The notes below the pieces were generated by a model. The model searched no databases, had not been told where the DNA came from, and saw nothing but the letters and a program-made list of their open reading frames with translations. Of a stretch of 53,631 bases of DNA, positions 36,907 through 46,869 are shown in pieces (position 1 is the first letter of the stretch; each line of letters begins with the position of its first letter). The stretch lies in the IMG/VR virus record IMGVR_UViG_3300020042_009392, positions 1 to 53,631 of that record. One strand, 5' to 3'. A program made the translations under genes and the position numbers. This DNA comes from a virus (taxonomy: Duplodnaviria > Caudoviricetes).

Positions 36907-37256
36907 TCTGAAGGTAGTACCACACGCGGACAAAGTAAGATAAGTCCTTAAAACCTTACGAAACAATAACTGTAGAATTATCTACTATGACCTTTGATTC
37001 TCTTATGAGTTTCATCGGTGCTGACGAGTACGCATACGCTGCTTAGTCACATCCCGTACCACTCATGGGACTTTAAAAAGAAGTGGCTAAACCGGTTTTC
37101 CTAGTTATGTCAAAACTAGGTGGTGGATATCGCTAAGACCAAAACCTTGCGACCCTATACCTCATGCACTGGGGTTAATCAGTGAGCTAAGCGTGTGAGA
37201 CGTTGGTATTATTGTTCATTATTGAGACACGAGTTCGACTCTCGTCATCTCCACCA
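36880..37256 (+). ncRNA. ssrA: tmRNA
   Basis: GGGGATG/CATCTCC-ACCA acceptor with G3.U70, GTTCGACTC T loop, tag frame 36972..37046 VELSTMTFDSLMSFIGADEYAYAA*. Confidence 0.95.
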
Positions 37257-37259
37257 ATT

Positions 37260-37286
37260 AGAGCAACCGTAGCTGGTTGCTCTTTC
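37260..37286 (+). terminator. Intrinsic terminator after tmRNA
   Basis: AGAGCAACC-GTAGCT-GGTTGCTCT followed by pyrimidines. Confidence 0.7.
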
Positions 37287-37322
37287 TCTATATTTATAGT
37301 TAACCACATTAAAAATTAAGAG

Positions 37323-37973
37323 ATGCAACAAAAACCAGTTACAACGGCCACAAGCCTAAGCGAAAGGATTGCGCAGGGCGTATTATACCTATTCGGAGCG
37401 CTTATAATCACGGGGCTAGCAATACAATTATACTTCGTATATTGTCAATTCTTTAAATCTTACGACGAAAATTTACAAATGGCTAATGCAATTAGTCATA
37501 AAATTGATGGGACATTTAAAAATAGTCCTGGTAATATATGGTACGATGCAGATGAACATATCTGGGTTCAAAGTGTAACTAACAAAGTAGTTATAGGTAA
37601 ATTAGCAGGTAACCGCAATTTAGAGTTTGGCGTTAAAAATGTATTAGAAGAGTATTTACAAGAGAAAGGATTGAACCTATCTCCAGACGCTGAAAACAAA
37701 TTAAAAGTAGAAATCGTTTATTTAGATGTTCTAACTACTAAAAAGAACGTATCTGTATTTCATAAAAACGAACAAGAAGTCGTTATTCGCTTAAAAGGTA
37801 TATTATACAAAGACGGAATTAAGGAAAAAGAGGTTATAGTTGAAGAAAGTTCATCTGAAATCTCCATGTCAACTTTGATAGTAGATGAAGGTGGTAAATT
37901 TAATCAAACAAGTCTAAGCAATGCGCTTAAGAAAGGTTGTGACAAATTAATCACTAAACTATTCGAAAAGTAA
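37323..37973 (+). CDS. Membrane-anchored protein with TolB-N/CsgG-like alpha/beta domain
   Basis: N-terminal TM; FGVKNVLEEYL parallels LGVANITLEYL of 43869..44585; terminal helix SNALKKGCDKL. Confidence 0.5.
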   Translation: MQQKPVTTATSLSERIAQGVLYLFGALIITGLAIQLYFVYCQFFKSYDENLQMANAISHKIDGTFKNSPGNIWYDADEHIWVQSVTNKVVIGKLAGNRNLEFGVKNVLEEYLQEKGLNLSPDAENKLKVEIVYLDVLTTKKNVSVFHKNEQEVVIRLKGILYKDGIKEKEVIVEESSSEISMSTLIVDEGGKFNQTSLSNALKKGCDKLITKLFEK

Positions 37974-39608
37974 ATGAAAAAATTATTACTAATTATTGGG
38001 ATACTAATAGTATCTATAACAACTAACGCCCAGATAATAGCAAATCAATCGATTTCTGCTGGACCTTATAAAGTAGGTGACACAGTTACTGTGACTTATA
38101 CAGTTGATAAGGGTACAACTAAGCCACGTTATTTCTGGTTGAGATACCAATTTAACAACAAGGCGTTAACATACATATCTACTACATTCTCACAAGGTAG
38201 TCAAGCTCAAACGTATTATACTGGTTGGACTAGCTATAAATTTACACCTAAGACAAACGTAAGTGATACATCATTATATGGTCAATATCAAGCTACACCT
38301 TGGTCGTATGCTGTAAACGCAGATTGGAATGTTGGTCAATTAGCAATTCAAAGAGCTGATCAATCAATTAACGGTGTAATAGCAACTCAAAAGTATATTC
38401 TTAAAGACCAAAATGTATATGAGAATTTCCACGATTTAGACTTATCATACGCACTAGATAGTACAACTGGTAACAACATTCCATTTGTAAAAACAACAGC
38501 AGGTCCTTTATCAATCACCGGAGTAAGTGGTAATACATCTTTCTTTAAAGTAAGAGTATTATTCCCATCTGGATATAATATTGGTGACCACTCAATTCAA
38601 TTAATGGCACTTAAAACTGATGGTAGTGGTGATATTGATTGGACTAAACAACCAATAGCACAAAAAGTACTAGATGGTAGTGGTGAAGCATTATTCACAT
38701 CAGGCATTAAAGTTGGTGATAGTTTAGGTGTATTTGTATCACCTGCTAACCAAAAAACATGGATGAATAATATTATTACTGTATCAGATGCTTACAAAGC
38801 ATTCTTAGGTGTATCTCAAACTGACATTAATGGTGCAACAACATTCTTTACTAGACCAGTGTTAGAAAAGAAAGTAGGTTTAATCACATTAGGTAACTCT
38901 ACATTTGGTGAAAGTGATGCTTACCATATATTTGCACACGTAATGGGTATAGATGTATCTTCTAAAGCATCAATTCCTAAATCAACATCTACATCAGTAA
39001 GATACTATAGTGGATTGTTAAATCAAAGTTGGTTAGATGGTGTTACTAAAAATAGAGTATATGTAACAACCCCTGCACAAACTGTAGACGCTGTGTTTGC
39101 TTGGGGTGGTGACTTAGATTGGTCACATTCATCTCATCCTGATACAGTTGCTGCTAGAATATCAAGTGGTGTCTTTACAAATTCAGCTAATATGAGTGAA
39201 ACTGTAAAAATTAGTACTATGTCTTATAAAGCACCAATACTAGAAAAAGCAACATTAAGTTTAACTTCAACAATTGAAAATAATAAAGTAACATTATCAG
39301 CAAACTTAACTAAAGCTGATTTAGCTGGTTTAGAAGTTATTATGCAATATGACAGTACTAAATTAACATTAACAGATGTTGTATTTGATGCTGGTAGTAC
39401 AATTACAAACTTCTCAACACATGATAATGGTAGATTAACATTTGGTTCAATTGACCAATTAAAAACAGCTAGAATTAAAGTTGGTACTCCATATAAATTA
39501 ATATTCACACCTAAGGTACCTTTAAGTAACACTGCAGGTTTATTCTATACAGTATTAGCAGATGCAGTTGATGCGACTGGTAAAAAGATAGAATTAATAG
39601 TTGAATAA
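37974..39608 (+). CDS. Exported protein with cohesin-like and dockerin-like modules
   Basis: Signal peptide then Q; KVGDTVTVTY..LRYQF...L and AGLEVIMQYDSTKL cohesin-like; ITVSDAY and ESDAY dockerin-like; GDLDWSHS. Confidence 0.65.
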   Translation: MKKLLLIIGILIVSITTNAQIIANQSISAGPYKVGDTVTVTYTVDKGTTKPRYFWLRYQFNNKALTYISTTFSQGSQAQTYYTGWTSYKFTPKTNVSDTSLYGQYQATPWSYAVNADWNVGQLAIQRADQSINGVIATQKYILKDQNVYENFHDLDLSYALDSTTGNNIPFVKTTAGPLSITGVSGNTSFFKVRVLFPSGYNIGDHSIQLMALKTDGSGDIDWTKQPIAQKVLDGSGEALFTSGIKVGDSLGVFVSPANQKTWMNNIITVSDAYKAFLGVSQTDINGATTFFTRPVLEKKVGLITLGNSTFGESDAYHIFAHVMGIDVSSKASIPKSTSTSVRYYSGLLNQSWLDGVTKNRVYVTTPAQTVDAVFAWGGDLDWSHSSHPDTVAARISSGVFTNSANMSETVKISTMSYKAPILEKATLSLTSTIENNKVTLSANLTKADLAGLEVIMQYDSTKLTLTDVVFDAGSTITNFSTHDNGRLTFGSIDQLKTARIKVGTPYKLIFTPKVPLSNTAGLFYTVLADAVDATGKKIELIVE

Positions 39609-39609
39609 T

Positions 39610-41898
39610 ATGAGAAAAATATTAGTTACATTATTTTTATTGATATCATTTTTAGGGTTCGGACAGAGTGTATCTGCTCCGGACTCTAAATCATTTTTAC
39701 AATCTACAACTGGACAAGATGCTAGTGGGTTTGTATTAAGTGGATTTAGCGCAACATCAACTTTATTAACATCAATAAGTTTAGTTAACCCACCATCAGG
39801 AACAACATTTTATTTAAACGATACAAGAGGTTTAATTGCAGCAAGTGGATTTATATTAACGGGTAACAAAACTCGTTTAGTAGTAATGGGAACTATGTCT
39901 GATATTAATACAGCATTAGCATCATTAAAAATAAATACAGGTTCAATAAAAGGTAATATTGCATTATCAGTAGCAGCAACTGTAAACCCAGCTGGATATT
40001 TCTATAATGGTGTAAATGGTCACTTTTATAGACCAATATCAACAGGTGCAACTTATACAAACGCAAGAGCAGCATCACTATTAACAACATTTAAAGGTCA
40101 GCAAGGATATTTAGTAACAATTACTTCCGCAGATGAAGATGCTTTTATATTTGCTAATGTTCCACAATCTAGTATTTGGTTTGCTTTAACAGATGAGGCA
40201 AGTGAAGCTAGATGGACAATAGATGCAGGACCCGAAGCAGGAACTCTAATTAAAATTAACAACGGACAACTAAACGGAAATATTCCAGGTCAATATAATA
40301 ATTGGGCAGGTGGTGAACCAAACAATAGTGGTAACGAAGATTACGCAGTAACTAAATGGGGTGGTGGTTCTCAATGGAACGATTTACCCAATCATTTTAG
40401 TTGTGCTTATGTAATTGAATATGGAACTTGGACTAATCCAGATGATGCAACATTTACTGAATTTTATACTAATAGTGTAACGCATTCAAATGGTGAAGTA
40501 TTAACAGCAAGATTTAATATTGATTTTGGCAGTAATATAGATGAAACTAAATTCTCAGCTAAATCCTATACATACACAAGCAATACTTGGAATGAAGTAA
40601 GTAATACAACTAGACCATTAAGTGGATTAGGTAAAGTTGATTTAACTAGTGTTTTAGATACTAACAAAGTAAATAGTGGTGGAGTTAAAGCATTAACAAC
40701 CACAGGACAAGTTGAATGGTGCGTGATTTATGAATATGAAGCACAAAACGGAAGATATAGAATTGGAATTGATAGTAGAGAGGTAAATAATATCCTATCA
40801 GATCCATCATCAATCAGTAACTTACAACTATTTGATTTATGGAACGGACCTGTAACATATGGTAGTTATAATCCTAATGGTTGGACAGAGGTTTATGTTT
40901 ATACAAATACACAATTCAACTTTGCAGGCTCATCTTTCTCATCGTTTATTAGAGCTGGAAATGGATTCTATGGTTTAAGAGCTGAATTTATATTCTCACC
41001 AATCCAAAACTTTAAACAACATGGAATTGATATAATAGCTAATTCACAAACTGAATTAAATACATTATATAACAGTATAGTAACTGTATCAGATGTGTTT
41101 ATAGCATTTAAGGAATTATCAAATGGTGGTATATTCGGAAATGAAACTGGCAATGAATTTGGATATGGGGTTCAATATATGAATGCCGATGTAGACGGAA
41201 ACGGTGTATTTAATGAAGCAGATACTTATAGACTATTACAACATCTAACAGGAGTAAAATCACTTACTGAATATTCAACATTAACATACTTAATGAAACT
41301 ATATGGTAAATCAGATTATGATGCTATAACTAAATCAAATTGGAATACACAATTTAACTATACAAGAAGTTTATACCCATTCAACTTAAATACAGGTACA
41401 CTTAACAACACATATAATGTAGATGTAACTTGGGTTGGTGATGTAAACTTATCACACTCAGCAATCCCAACACAAACAGTTGCTAGTAGTAATATAAGAA
41501 CAATGTCTGTAGGTACTATGTCTGTATCAAATGAAATTAACGCTTCAATCATTACTGAGGTAAGTGATAAAATATATGCCTACATTACTTTAGATCCACT
41601 ACAACAACAAGTAGTGGGAACTCAATTTCAATTAAATTATGATAATTCAGTATTGAAATTTGAAGGTGTAGAGTTTAAAACTAAAGGCAGTCCGATGAAT
41701 TATGGTACTAATAAAAATAGCTTTATAAACTTAGGCTCGTTAATTAGTGATGGTAGTACTACATTAGATAATACTACTGAATATAAAATTACATTCACAT
41801 CAACAACTAAGCTTGACAATATATTAGGTTTAATATCAATAGGTGCTACTGATGCTGTAAATAAAGCAGGCGTACAATTAAAAGTTAAAGTAAAATAA
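39610..41898 (+). CDS. Exported C-type lectin + dockerin + cohesin protein
   Basis: Signal peptide then Q; YLVTITSADE...WAGGEPNN...EDY...WND lectin; ADVDGNGVFNEAD dockerin; GTQFQLNYDNSVL cohesin. Confidence 0.75.
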   Translation: MRKILVTLFLLISFLGFGQSVSAPDSKSFLQSTTGQDASGFVLSGFSATSTLLTSISLVNPPSGTTFYLNDTRGLIAASGFILTGNKTRLVVMGTMSDINTALASLKINTGSIKGNIALSVAATVNPAGYFYNGVNGHFYRPISTGATYTNARAASLLTTFKGQQGYLVTITSADEDAFIFANVPQSSIWFALTDEASEARWTIDAGPEAGTLIKINNGQLNGNIPGQYNNWAGGEPNNSGNEDYAVTKWGGGSQWNDLPNHFSCAYVIEYGTWTNPDDATFTEFYTNSVTHSNGEVLTARFNIDFGSNIDETKFSAKSYTYTSNTWNEVSNTTRPLSGLGKVDLTSVLDTNKVNSGGVKALTTTGQVEWCVIYEYEAQNGRYRIGIDSREVNNILSDPSSISNLQLFDLWNGPVTYGSYNPNGWTEVYVYTNTQFNFAGSSFSSFIRAGNGFYGLRAEFIFSPIQNFKQHGIDIIANSQTELNTLYNSIVTVSDVFIAFKELSNGGIFGNETGNEFGYGVQYMNADVDGNGVFNEADTYRLLQHLTGVKSLTEYSTLTYLMKLYGKSDYDAITKSNWNTQFNYTRSLYPFNLNTGTLNNTYNVDVTWVGDVNLSHSAIPTQTVASSNIRTMSVGTMSVSNEINASIITEVSDKIYAYITLDPLQQQVVGTQFQLNYDNSVLKFEGVEFKTKGSPMNYGTNKNSFINLGSLISDGSTTLDNTTEYKITFTSTTKLDNILGLISIGATDAVNKAGVQLKVKVK

Positions 41899-42233
41899 TG
41901 AAAAAATTACTAATTATATTACTACTATTATCAGCTTGTAAAAAGATAGATGTACAACCACTACCACCAACGGTACAGAATATATTCAGCGTTGCTGAAT
42001 CAACCGTGTCTAATGGTGATGATATTTACTTTGATTTGAAAGCAGCAGGTATATATACCTTAACAATGCTAGACGAAAACCAAAACGTAATCACAAGGGA
42101 GCGCATTAGTGGTAAAGTTGGCCAAAACAAATTAAAAATATACACTAGTTCGCTACCAGTCAAATATTTATATCTGGTATTGGAAGATCAATCCCGTACT
42201 CAAATAGGTAAAACCACCATTAAAATTAATTAA
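41898..42233 (+). CDS. Lipoprotein with small Ig-like (T9SS CTD-like) domain
   Basis: Lipobox LLSAC; YTLTMLDENQNVI...GQNKLKIYTSSLP..YLYLVL. Confidence 0.6.
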   Translation: MKKLLIILLLLSACKKIDVQPLPPTVQNIFSVAESTVSNGDDIYFDLKAAGIYTLTMLDENQNVITRERISGKVGQNKLKIYTSSLPVKYLYLVLEDQSRTQIGKTTIKIN

Positions 42234-42235
42234 AG

Positions 42236-42610
42236 ATGAACGCAATGAAAAAAGTATTAGCAATTGCAGCTATCCTATTTGTAGGATGTACTAAAGTGGA
42301 TGTACCAACACCACACCCCCCAGTAACAAACGCTGAATTAAAAATAGCTAGCGCAGTAGGTATTAAACTACAATCACCATTCGTAACAACAGAAGTTGCT
42401 ATGAATGTTAAAAGTGATGTAGCGCAGCCAGTTACAATCAAAATATTTGATATCTCAAACAGAGTAGTATCAAAAGAAACAGTAAACGTAAGCGTTGGTG
42501 ATAATATCTTAAAAGTATATACATCAGCATTACCACCATCAGCATACAGAATTGGATTATTCGATACTAATGGTAATCAATTAGGAATCACAGATTTTAA
42601 CAAATTATAA
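42236..42610 (+). CDS. Lipoprotein with small Ig-like (T9SS CTD-like) domain
   Basis: Lipobox FVGC; SPF, IKIFDISNRVV, GDNILKVYTSALPPSAYRI; paralog of the previous gene. Confidence 0.65.
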   Translation: MNAMKKVLAIAAILFVGCTKVDVPTPHPPVTNAELKIASAVGIKLQSPFVTTEVAMNVKSDVAQPVTIKIFDISNRVVSKETVNVSVGDNILKVYTSALPPSAYRIGLFDTNGNQLGITDFNKL

Positions 42611-42621
42611 AATTAAATAAC

Positions 42622-42933
42622 ATGTCAGAAGAAGTAGAACAAGAATCAACTGGTAAATCGTTTAAAAACATTATCATTGGTCTAGTAAGTACAGTTACAT
42701 TAGGTGTAGGTGGATTTATCACAAACAAATTAACAGGTGGTGGTGATGATGAAAAACCAGCAGTACAACAAGCAGCTCCAGTAATTAATATTACTAACAG
42801 CAACCAACAATCTCAAGCAGCAGGTGGTAAAACTGTAATCATTAAAGAAAAAGCAGCAGAACCAGCTAAACCAGCAGCTCCAGTTAAGAAAAAAGACGGT
42901 GACGAATTTAAAGAAGAAGCACCAAAGTGGTAA
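42622..42933 (+). CDS. Single-TM membrane protein
   Basis: Hydrophobic helix then Pro/Ala/Lys-rich tail. Confidence 0.65.
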   Translation: MSEEVEQESTGKSFKNIIIGLVSTVTLGVGGFITNKLTGGGDDEKPAVQQAAPVINITNSNQQSQAAGGKTVIIKEKAAEPAKPAAPVKKKDGDEFKEEAPKW

Positions 42934-42950
42934 TAAATAAAAAATAAAGT

Positions 42951-43559
42951 ATGCAACAAGCAGATGGATTTAAGCAATTATTAAATAAGATGATGGCCCG
43001 TAGATGGTACATCACAGCAATGGTATTAGGTGGATTTATGTTTATCATAGGGGGTATGTTTGCCGCTATTGCTGCTAAGACAGAAATAGCAGGTGAATGG
43101 AAAGAATTAATATTATTATTACTAGGTGCCTTTATTGGTAGCTATGGTAAGATTATTGACTACTGGTTCTCTGATACTGACAAGGATAAGATGTTAGTAC
43201 AGAAGATGGATGAAGAAGATGGTGTTGCTTTAGGTCATACCAATGACATGAAGGAAACTAACAAGCCACTTACCCCATTAATCCCAGATGCCTTCGTTCA
43301 AGGTGCTCAAGCAGCTAGAGAATTAGCTGTAGTTGAAAACAAGCAAAAGTTTGAGTTGAAAAAAGATCAACAAGAACACGACCAAGCTTTAGAAGTAGAC
43401 GAACAAGAGCATGAGCAAGAAATGGAAAAATTAAAATTAGAACACGAACTTAAAGCACATAGATATTGCCAACATGAATGGGGTGACTCAGATAATGACG
43501 GTGAACTAGAATGCCAAAAGTGCGGGTTATTAAAAGACGCTTACGATGAATCTCACTAA
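42951..43559 (+). CDS. Two-TM membrane protein with coiled coil and C-terminal Cys motif
   Basis: Two TM helices ending IIDYWF, QEH repeats, CQHEWGD...CQKC. Confidence 0.7.
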   Translation: MQQADGFKQLLNKMMARRWYITAMVLGGFMFIIGGMFAAIAAKTEIAGEWKELILLLLGAFIGSYGKIIDYWFSDTDKDKMLVQKMDEEDGVALGHTNDMKETNKPLTPLIPDAFVQGAQAARELAVVENKQKFELKKDQQEHDQALEVDEQEHEQEMEKLKLEHELKAHRYCQHEWGDSDNDGELECQKCGLLKDAYDESH

Positions 43560-43577
43560 CCAATAAAAATTAAAAGT

Positions 43578-43817
43578 ATGAATTTCAAACAGTGGGTTAT
43601 TGACCTTTTCAAAGATGAAAGAGGATCAACTTCGGTAAAACCAGTTATAGCATTTGTGGGTGCAATGTTCTTATGTGTTACAATGATGTTAAATTCATTC
43701 TCACACGCAGATTTCGCTCCATCAGCAGAACTAGTAAATGCAGTAATGATTATTACTGGTATTGGAATGGGTGCTGATACATTCGACAAATTCTCTCATA
43801 AAAAGAAAGAAGATTAA
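43578..43817 (+). CDS. Small two-TM protein (holin-like topology)
   Basis: DERG..S.K, two TM helices, charged tail. Confidence 0.55.
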   Translation: MNFKQWVIDLFKDERGSTSVKPVIAFVGAMFLCVTMMLNSFSHADFAPSAELVNAVMIITGIGMGADTFDKFSHKKKED

Positions 43818-43827
43818 AAACAAAACT

Positions 43828-43853
43828 AAAGGGAACTTCGGTTCCCTTTTTTT
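43828..43853 (+). terminator. Intrinsic terminator
   Basis: AAAGGGAAC-TTCG-GTTCCCTTT plus T-run. Confidence 0.85.
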
Positions 43854-43868
43854 AAATTAAATTTATGT

Positions 43869-44585
43869 ATGAAAAATTTATTGATATTATTAGGTCTATT
43901 ACTGACCATAAATGCGGGTGCCCAAACTGTCGGATCAACGAAGACAGAACAATTCAAAGCTTCATTCGAAACCAAAGTAGACATTAGTCAATTTTTAAAT
44001 TATGAAGGCAAAACAATACCGATTCAGATTCTCAAATGCGGTATTGGTGATGATCTTTATGAGTCATATCCTGAACTCAAAGAAAAGAAAGTGGGTTTGG
44101 GTGTGGCTAACATCACGTTGGAATATCTTGAAAATCTTAACCGCTTTACATTTACAGAAGACAAAACGGAAATTAAAAACAGAATGGTAAAGCAATTCCA
44201 AGCATCACAATCTGGAATTAGTCAAGATAAATTAGACGGTAGAGGTAAAATTAGATTAGCTCATTATTTCGTTGAAATTGAAGTATATGACTGGTCAGTT
44301 TCAGATGACGAAGAAGTAAACTTAAAAGACGGAATCAAAAATACAATGGTTACACGTTTAGGTTTACAAGTACGCTTTACCGATGCTGAGACAGGAGAAA
44401 TTATAGCAGCATCAGGTTTAGGTGAAGCTAAAACAACAAGAGAATTAACATTATTATCTGACGCAACAATAGACCCAGTTAAATTTAATCAGTCAACAGT
44501 TAGTATTGCGACTAAGAAAGCATTAGATATTGCTTGTGCTCGTATACTACCTCGTATGATTAAAAAGGGTGTATTTCCAAACTAA
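43869..44585 (+). CDS. CsgG/HfaB-family exported protein
   Basis: Signal peptide then Q; L...NRF...E, LQVRFTDAETGEII..SG.GEA, terminal helix ATKKAL. Confidence 0.7.
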   Translation: MKNLLILLGLLLTINAGAQTVGSTKTEQFKASFETKVDISQFLNYEGKTIPIQILKCGIGDDLYESYPELKEKKVGLGVANITLEYLENLNRFTFTEDKTEIKNRMVKQFQASQSGISQDKLDGRGKIRLAHYFVEIEVYDWSVSDDEEVNLKDGIKNTMVTRLGLQVRFTDAETGEIIAASGLGEAKTTRELTLLSDATIDPVKFNQSTVSIATKKALDIACARILPRMIKKGVFPN

Positions 44586-44590
44586 TTATT

Positions 44591-45439
44591 ATGAAAAAAA
44601 TTTTATTGATTACTGGTTTAGTATTAACACTAGTATTATTCTGTACAATTATATTGTATTCACAAACTAGCACTTGGAGAGGTGCTACATCAACACCTAG
44701 AGTATCAACACAATCATCTCAACAATTAATCCCACAACGGAATGTTAGTAGTTGGAGAAATGAATCACCAAGAGAATTTAATAGACCAGTAAATACAAAA
44801 CCAGGTTCAAATATTATTGTTAATGATCCTTGGTTAGGAAATAACTGGGGTTGGGGATGGAATAGATGGGATATGTGGGGAGCTCCAATGTTTGGTTGGA
44901 ACTACTGGTCTCCAATGTGGTATATGAATGATTGGGGTTATAGACAACCTGCTAGAATCTACATATATGATAATGGTAAGAGAGATACTATTAAAGGTAA
45001 AAAACCAATCATCAGCTTTGGTATTCAGGGAACAACAGATGATCAAGTTGGTGGTTTCTTTACAATAGGAAATAAAGGATATTTTATAGTAGAATATACA
45101 GCAAGCAATCTAAGAGATAATTCAACATTCTTTCCTTTTGGAAATATAACTCAAGTTGATTTTCCAATAGTAAATGACTTAATTCAAAGACAGAGCTTTT
45201 ATGTTGGTGTTGGTAAGCGAATTAAAAGAACAGGTATTCATATGATGGTTGGAACTGTAAGTGAAGACGCTAAATGGAGAGGTAAAGATGATTTAGGCTA
45301 CATAACATTTCCTAAGTACTTAGATAGATTTACAACAGTAAAGATAGGTGCACTGCACGACTATAAAAACTTTACAATAAAGTTTGATTATGACCCAATA
45401 ATCAATAATAGAACTTTTGGATTGGGTGTTAATTTCTAA
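44591..45439 (+). CDS. Putative outer-membrane beta-barrel with Trp/Gly-rich N region
   Basis: Signal peptide then Q; WGWGWNRW segment; alternating strands; C-terminal TFGLGVNF. Confidence 0.65.
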   Translation: MKKILLITGLVLTLVLFCTIILYSQTSTWRGATSTPRVSTQSSQQLIPQRNVSSWRNESPREFNRPVNTKPGSNIIVNDPWLGNNWGWGWNRWDMWGAPMFGWNYWSPMWYMNDWGYRQPARIYIYDNGKRDTIKGKKPIISFGIQGTTDDQVGGFFTIGNKGYFIVEYTASNLRDNSTFFPFGNITQVDFPIVNDLIQRQSFYVGVGKRIKRTGIHMMVGTVSEDAKWRGKDDLGYITFPKYLDRFTTVKIGALHDYKNFTIKFDYDPIINNRTFGLGVNF

Positions 45440-45440
45440 G

Positions 45441-46868
45441 ATGAAAAAATGGTTAGTAAGTATATTATTAATCGTTACATGTTTATTCGCTAAAGTAGCG
45501 AACGGACAAGTCTATACTCAAACATTTATTGACAAATGCACTGGCCAAACTAAAGTAGCTACAACTACAATGGTTAACGGAAACGCTATCGTTTCATTCT
45601 ATGGTCAAATCAAGACATTTACACCAGCGCAAGTAACAAACGGAGAATTACAAGCTTGGCTTCAAGCAACGTATGTATCCTACAATTCACTAGCATGTCC
45701 AGTATCAACTCCCGTAGTAACACAGACAGTGACTCAGGCAGTGTCGCAGGCAGCATCACAAGCAGCTTCATCAGCAGCAGCTTCAGCCGCTTCATCAGCA
45801 GCATCAAGTGCAGCAAGTGGAGCAGCTTCAGGAGCAGCAAGCGGAGCAGCAAGTGGAGCAGCATCAAGCGGAGCAGCAGCTTCAAGTGGTGCTTCAGCCT
45901 CAAGCGGTACAGCAGCATCCTCGAGTGGATCTTCATCCCAATCATCCTCGGGTTCGTCTTCTTCTTCATCTTCTGGTTCGTCATCCTCATCTGGGGAATC
46001 ATCTTCATCAAGCTCATCTGGAAGCAGCAGCGAAAGCAAATCAGAAACAAAAACAGAAACAAAATCTGAGTCTAAATCTGAAAGCAAATCTGAAGAGAAA
46101 AAAGAAGAAACTAAATCAGAAACTAAAGAAGAAAAGAAAGAAGATAAAAAGGAAGAATCTAAAGAGGAAAAAAAGGAAGAGAAAAAATCAGATAAGAAAG
46201 AGGAAAAGAAACAAGCCAAAATGAACCCTGTAATGATAGGTTCAGACCTAACAGTGGCTCAGAATCCATCAGGTGGATTTACGCCAATCATATCATTAAG
46301 TATGTCTCAAGCATCTGCTACAGGCGAATCAAGTTGGGGTGTATCAAGTATGGTATGGGCTGATTTAAAATCATTCGCTTTATCTGCGAATAAAAGCGAT
46401 ATGAACTTTAAGAACGGAGTACTCAAATCAATAGATGCTTACTCATATACCGTCGCTTACGTCGCAGGTACGCATATGACTTTCGGTGGTTATACTCACA
46501 TTATACCACATCCAAAACACGGTACGTTCGGCTACAACTTGTCTGTTATCAATATTAAATTGAAAGAAGCTGTTGGATACTCATACTCAATGATGTCATC
46601 AACAACCGCATTCTGGACTAAACCATATCAAATAAGTAGAAAATCAACATTATCTCCAGGTGTATTCTTAATGGCGTCACCATACACGTACAACAGCAAA
46701 TCAGGTAGTACCTGGAATTACAATGTAATGGGTTTGGTGGGCACAGGATATAGTTTTAAATTGAGTAAACGATTTGGATTTAATATTGACTATAAAGCAA
46801 GTTTATCAACAGTACCAGGTACACCCATACTTAGCTTCTTCCTTGTAGGTTCAAGATTACAACTATAA
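45441..46868 (+). CDS. Exported protein with Ser/Ala and Glu/Lys linker and C-terminal beta-barrel
   Basis: Signal peptide then Q; low-complexity linker; amphipathic strands ending LVGSRLQL; start moved to ATG 45441. Confidence 0.7.
   Translation: MKKWLVSILLIVTCLFAKVANGQVYTQTFIDKCTGQTKVATTTMVNGNAIVSFYGQIKTFTPAQVTNGELQAWLQATYVSYNSLACPVSTPVVTQTVTQAVSQAASQAASSAAASAASSAASSAASGAASGAASGAASGAASSGAAASSGASASSGTAASSSGSSSQSSSGSSSSSSSGSSSSSGESSSSSSSGSSSESKSETKTETKSESKSESKSEEKKEETKSETKEEKKEDKKEESKEEKKEEKKSDKKEEKKQAKMNPVMIGSDLTVAQNPSGGFTPIISLSMSQASATGESSWGVSSMVWADLKSFALSANKSDMNFKNGVLKSIDAYSYTVAYVAGTHMTFGGYTHIIPHPKHGTFGYNLSVINIKLKEAVGYSYSMMSSTTAFWTKPYQISRKSTLSPGVFLMASPYTYNSKSGSTWNYNVMGLVGTGYSFKLSKRFGFNIDYKASLSTVPGTPILSFFLVGSRLQL
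45750..46215 (+). repeat. Low-complexity coding repeats (AASG/AASS, poly-Ser, EEKK)
   Basis: Imperfect 12-nt gcagcaagtgga-type repeats followed by gaa/aaa-rich repeats. Confidence 0.85.
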
Positions 46869-46869
46869 A

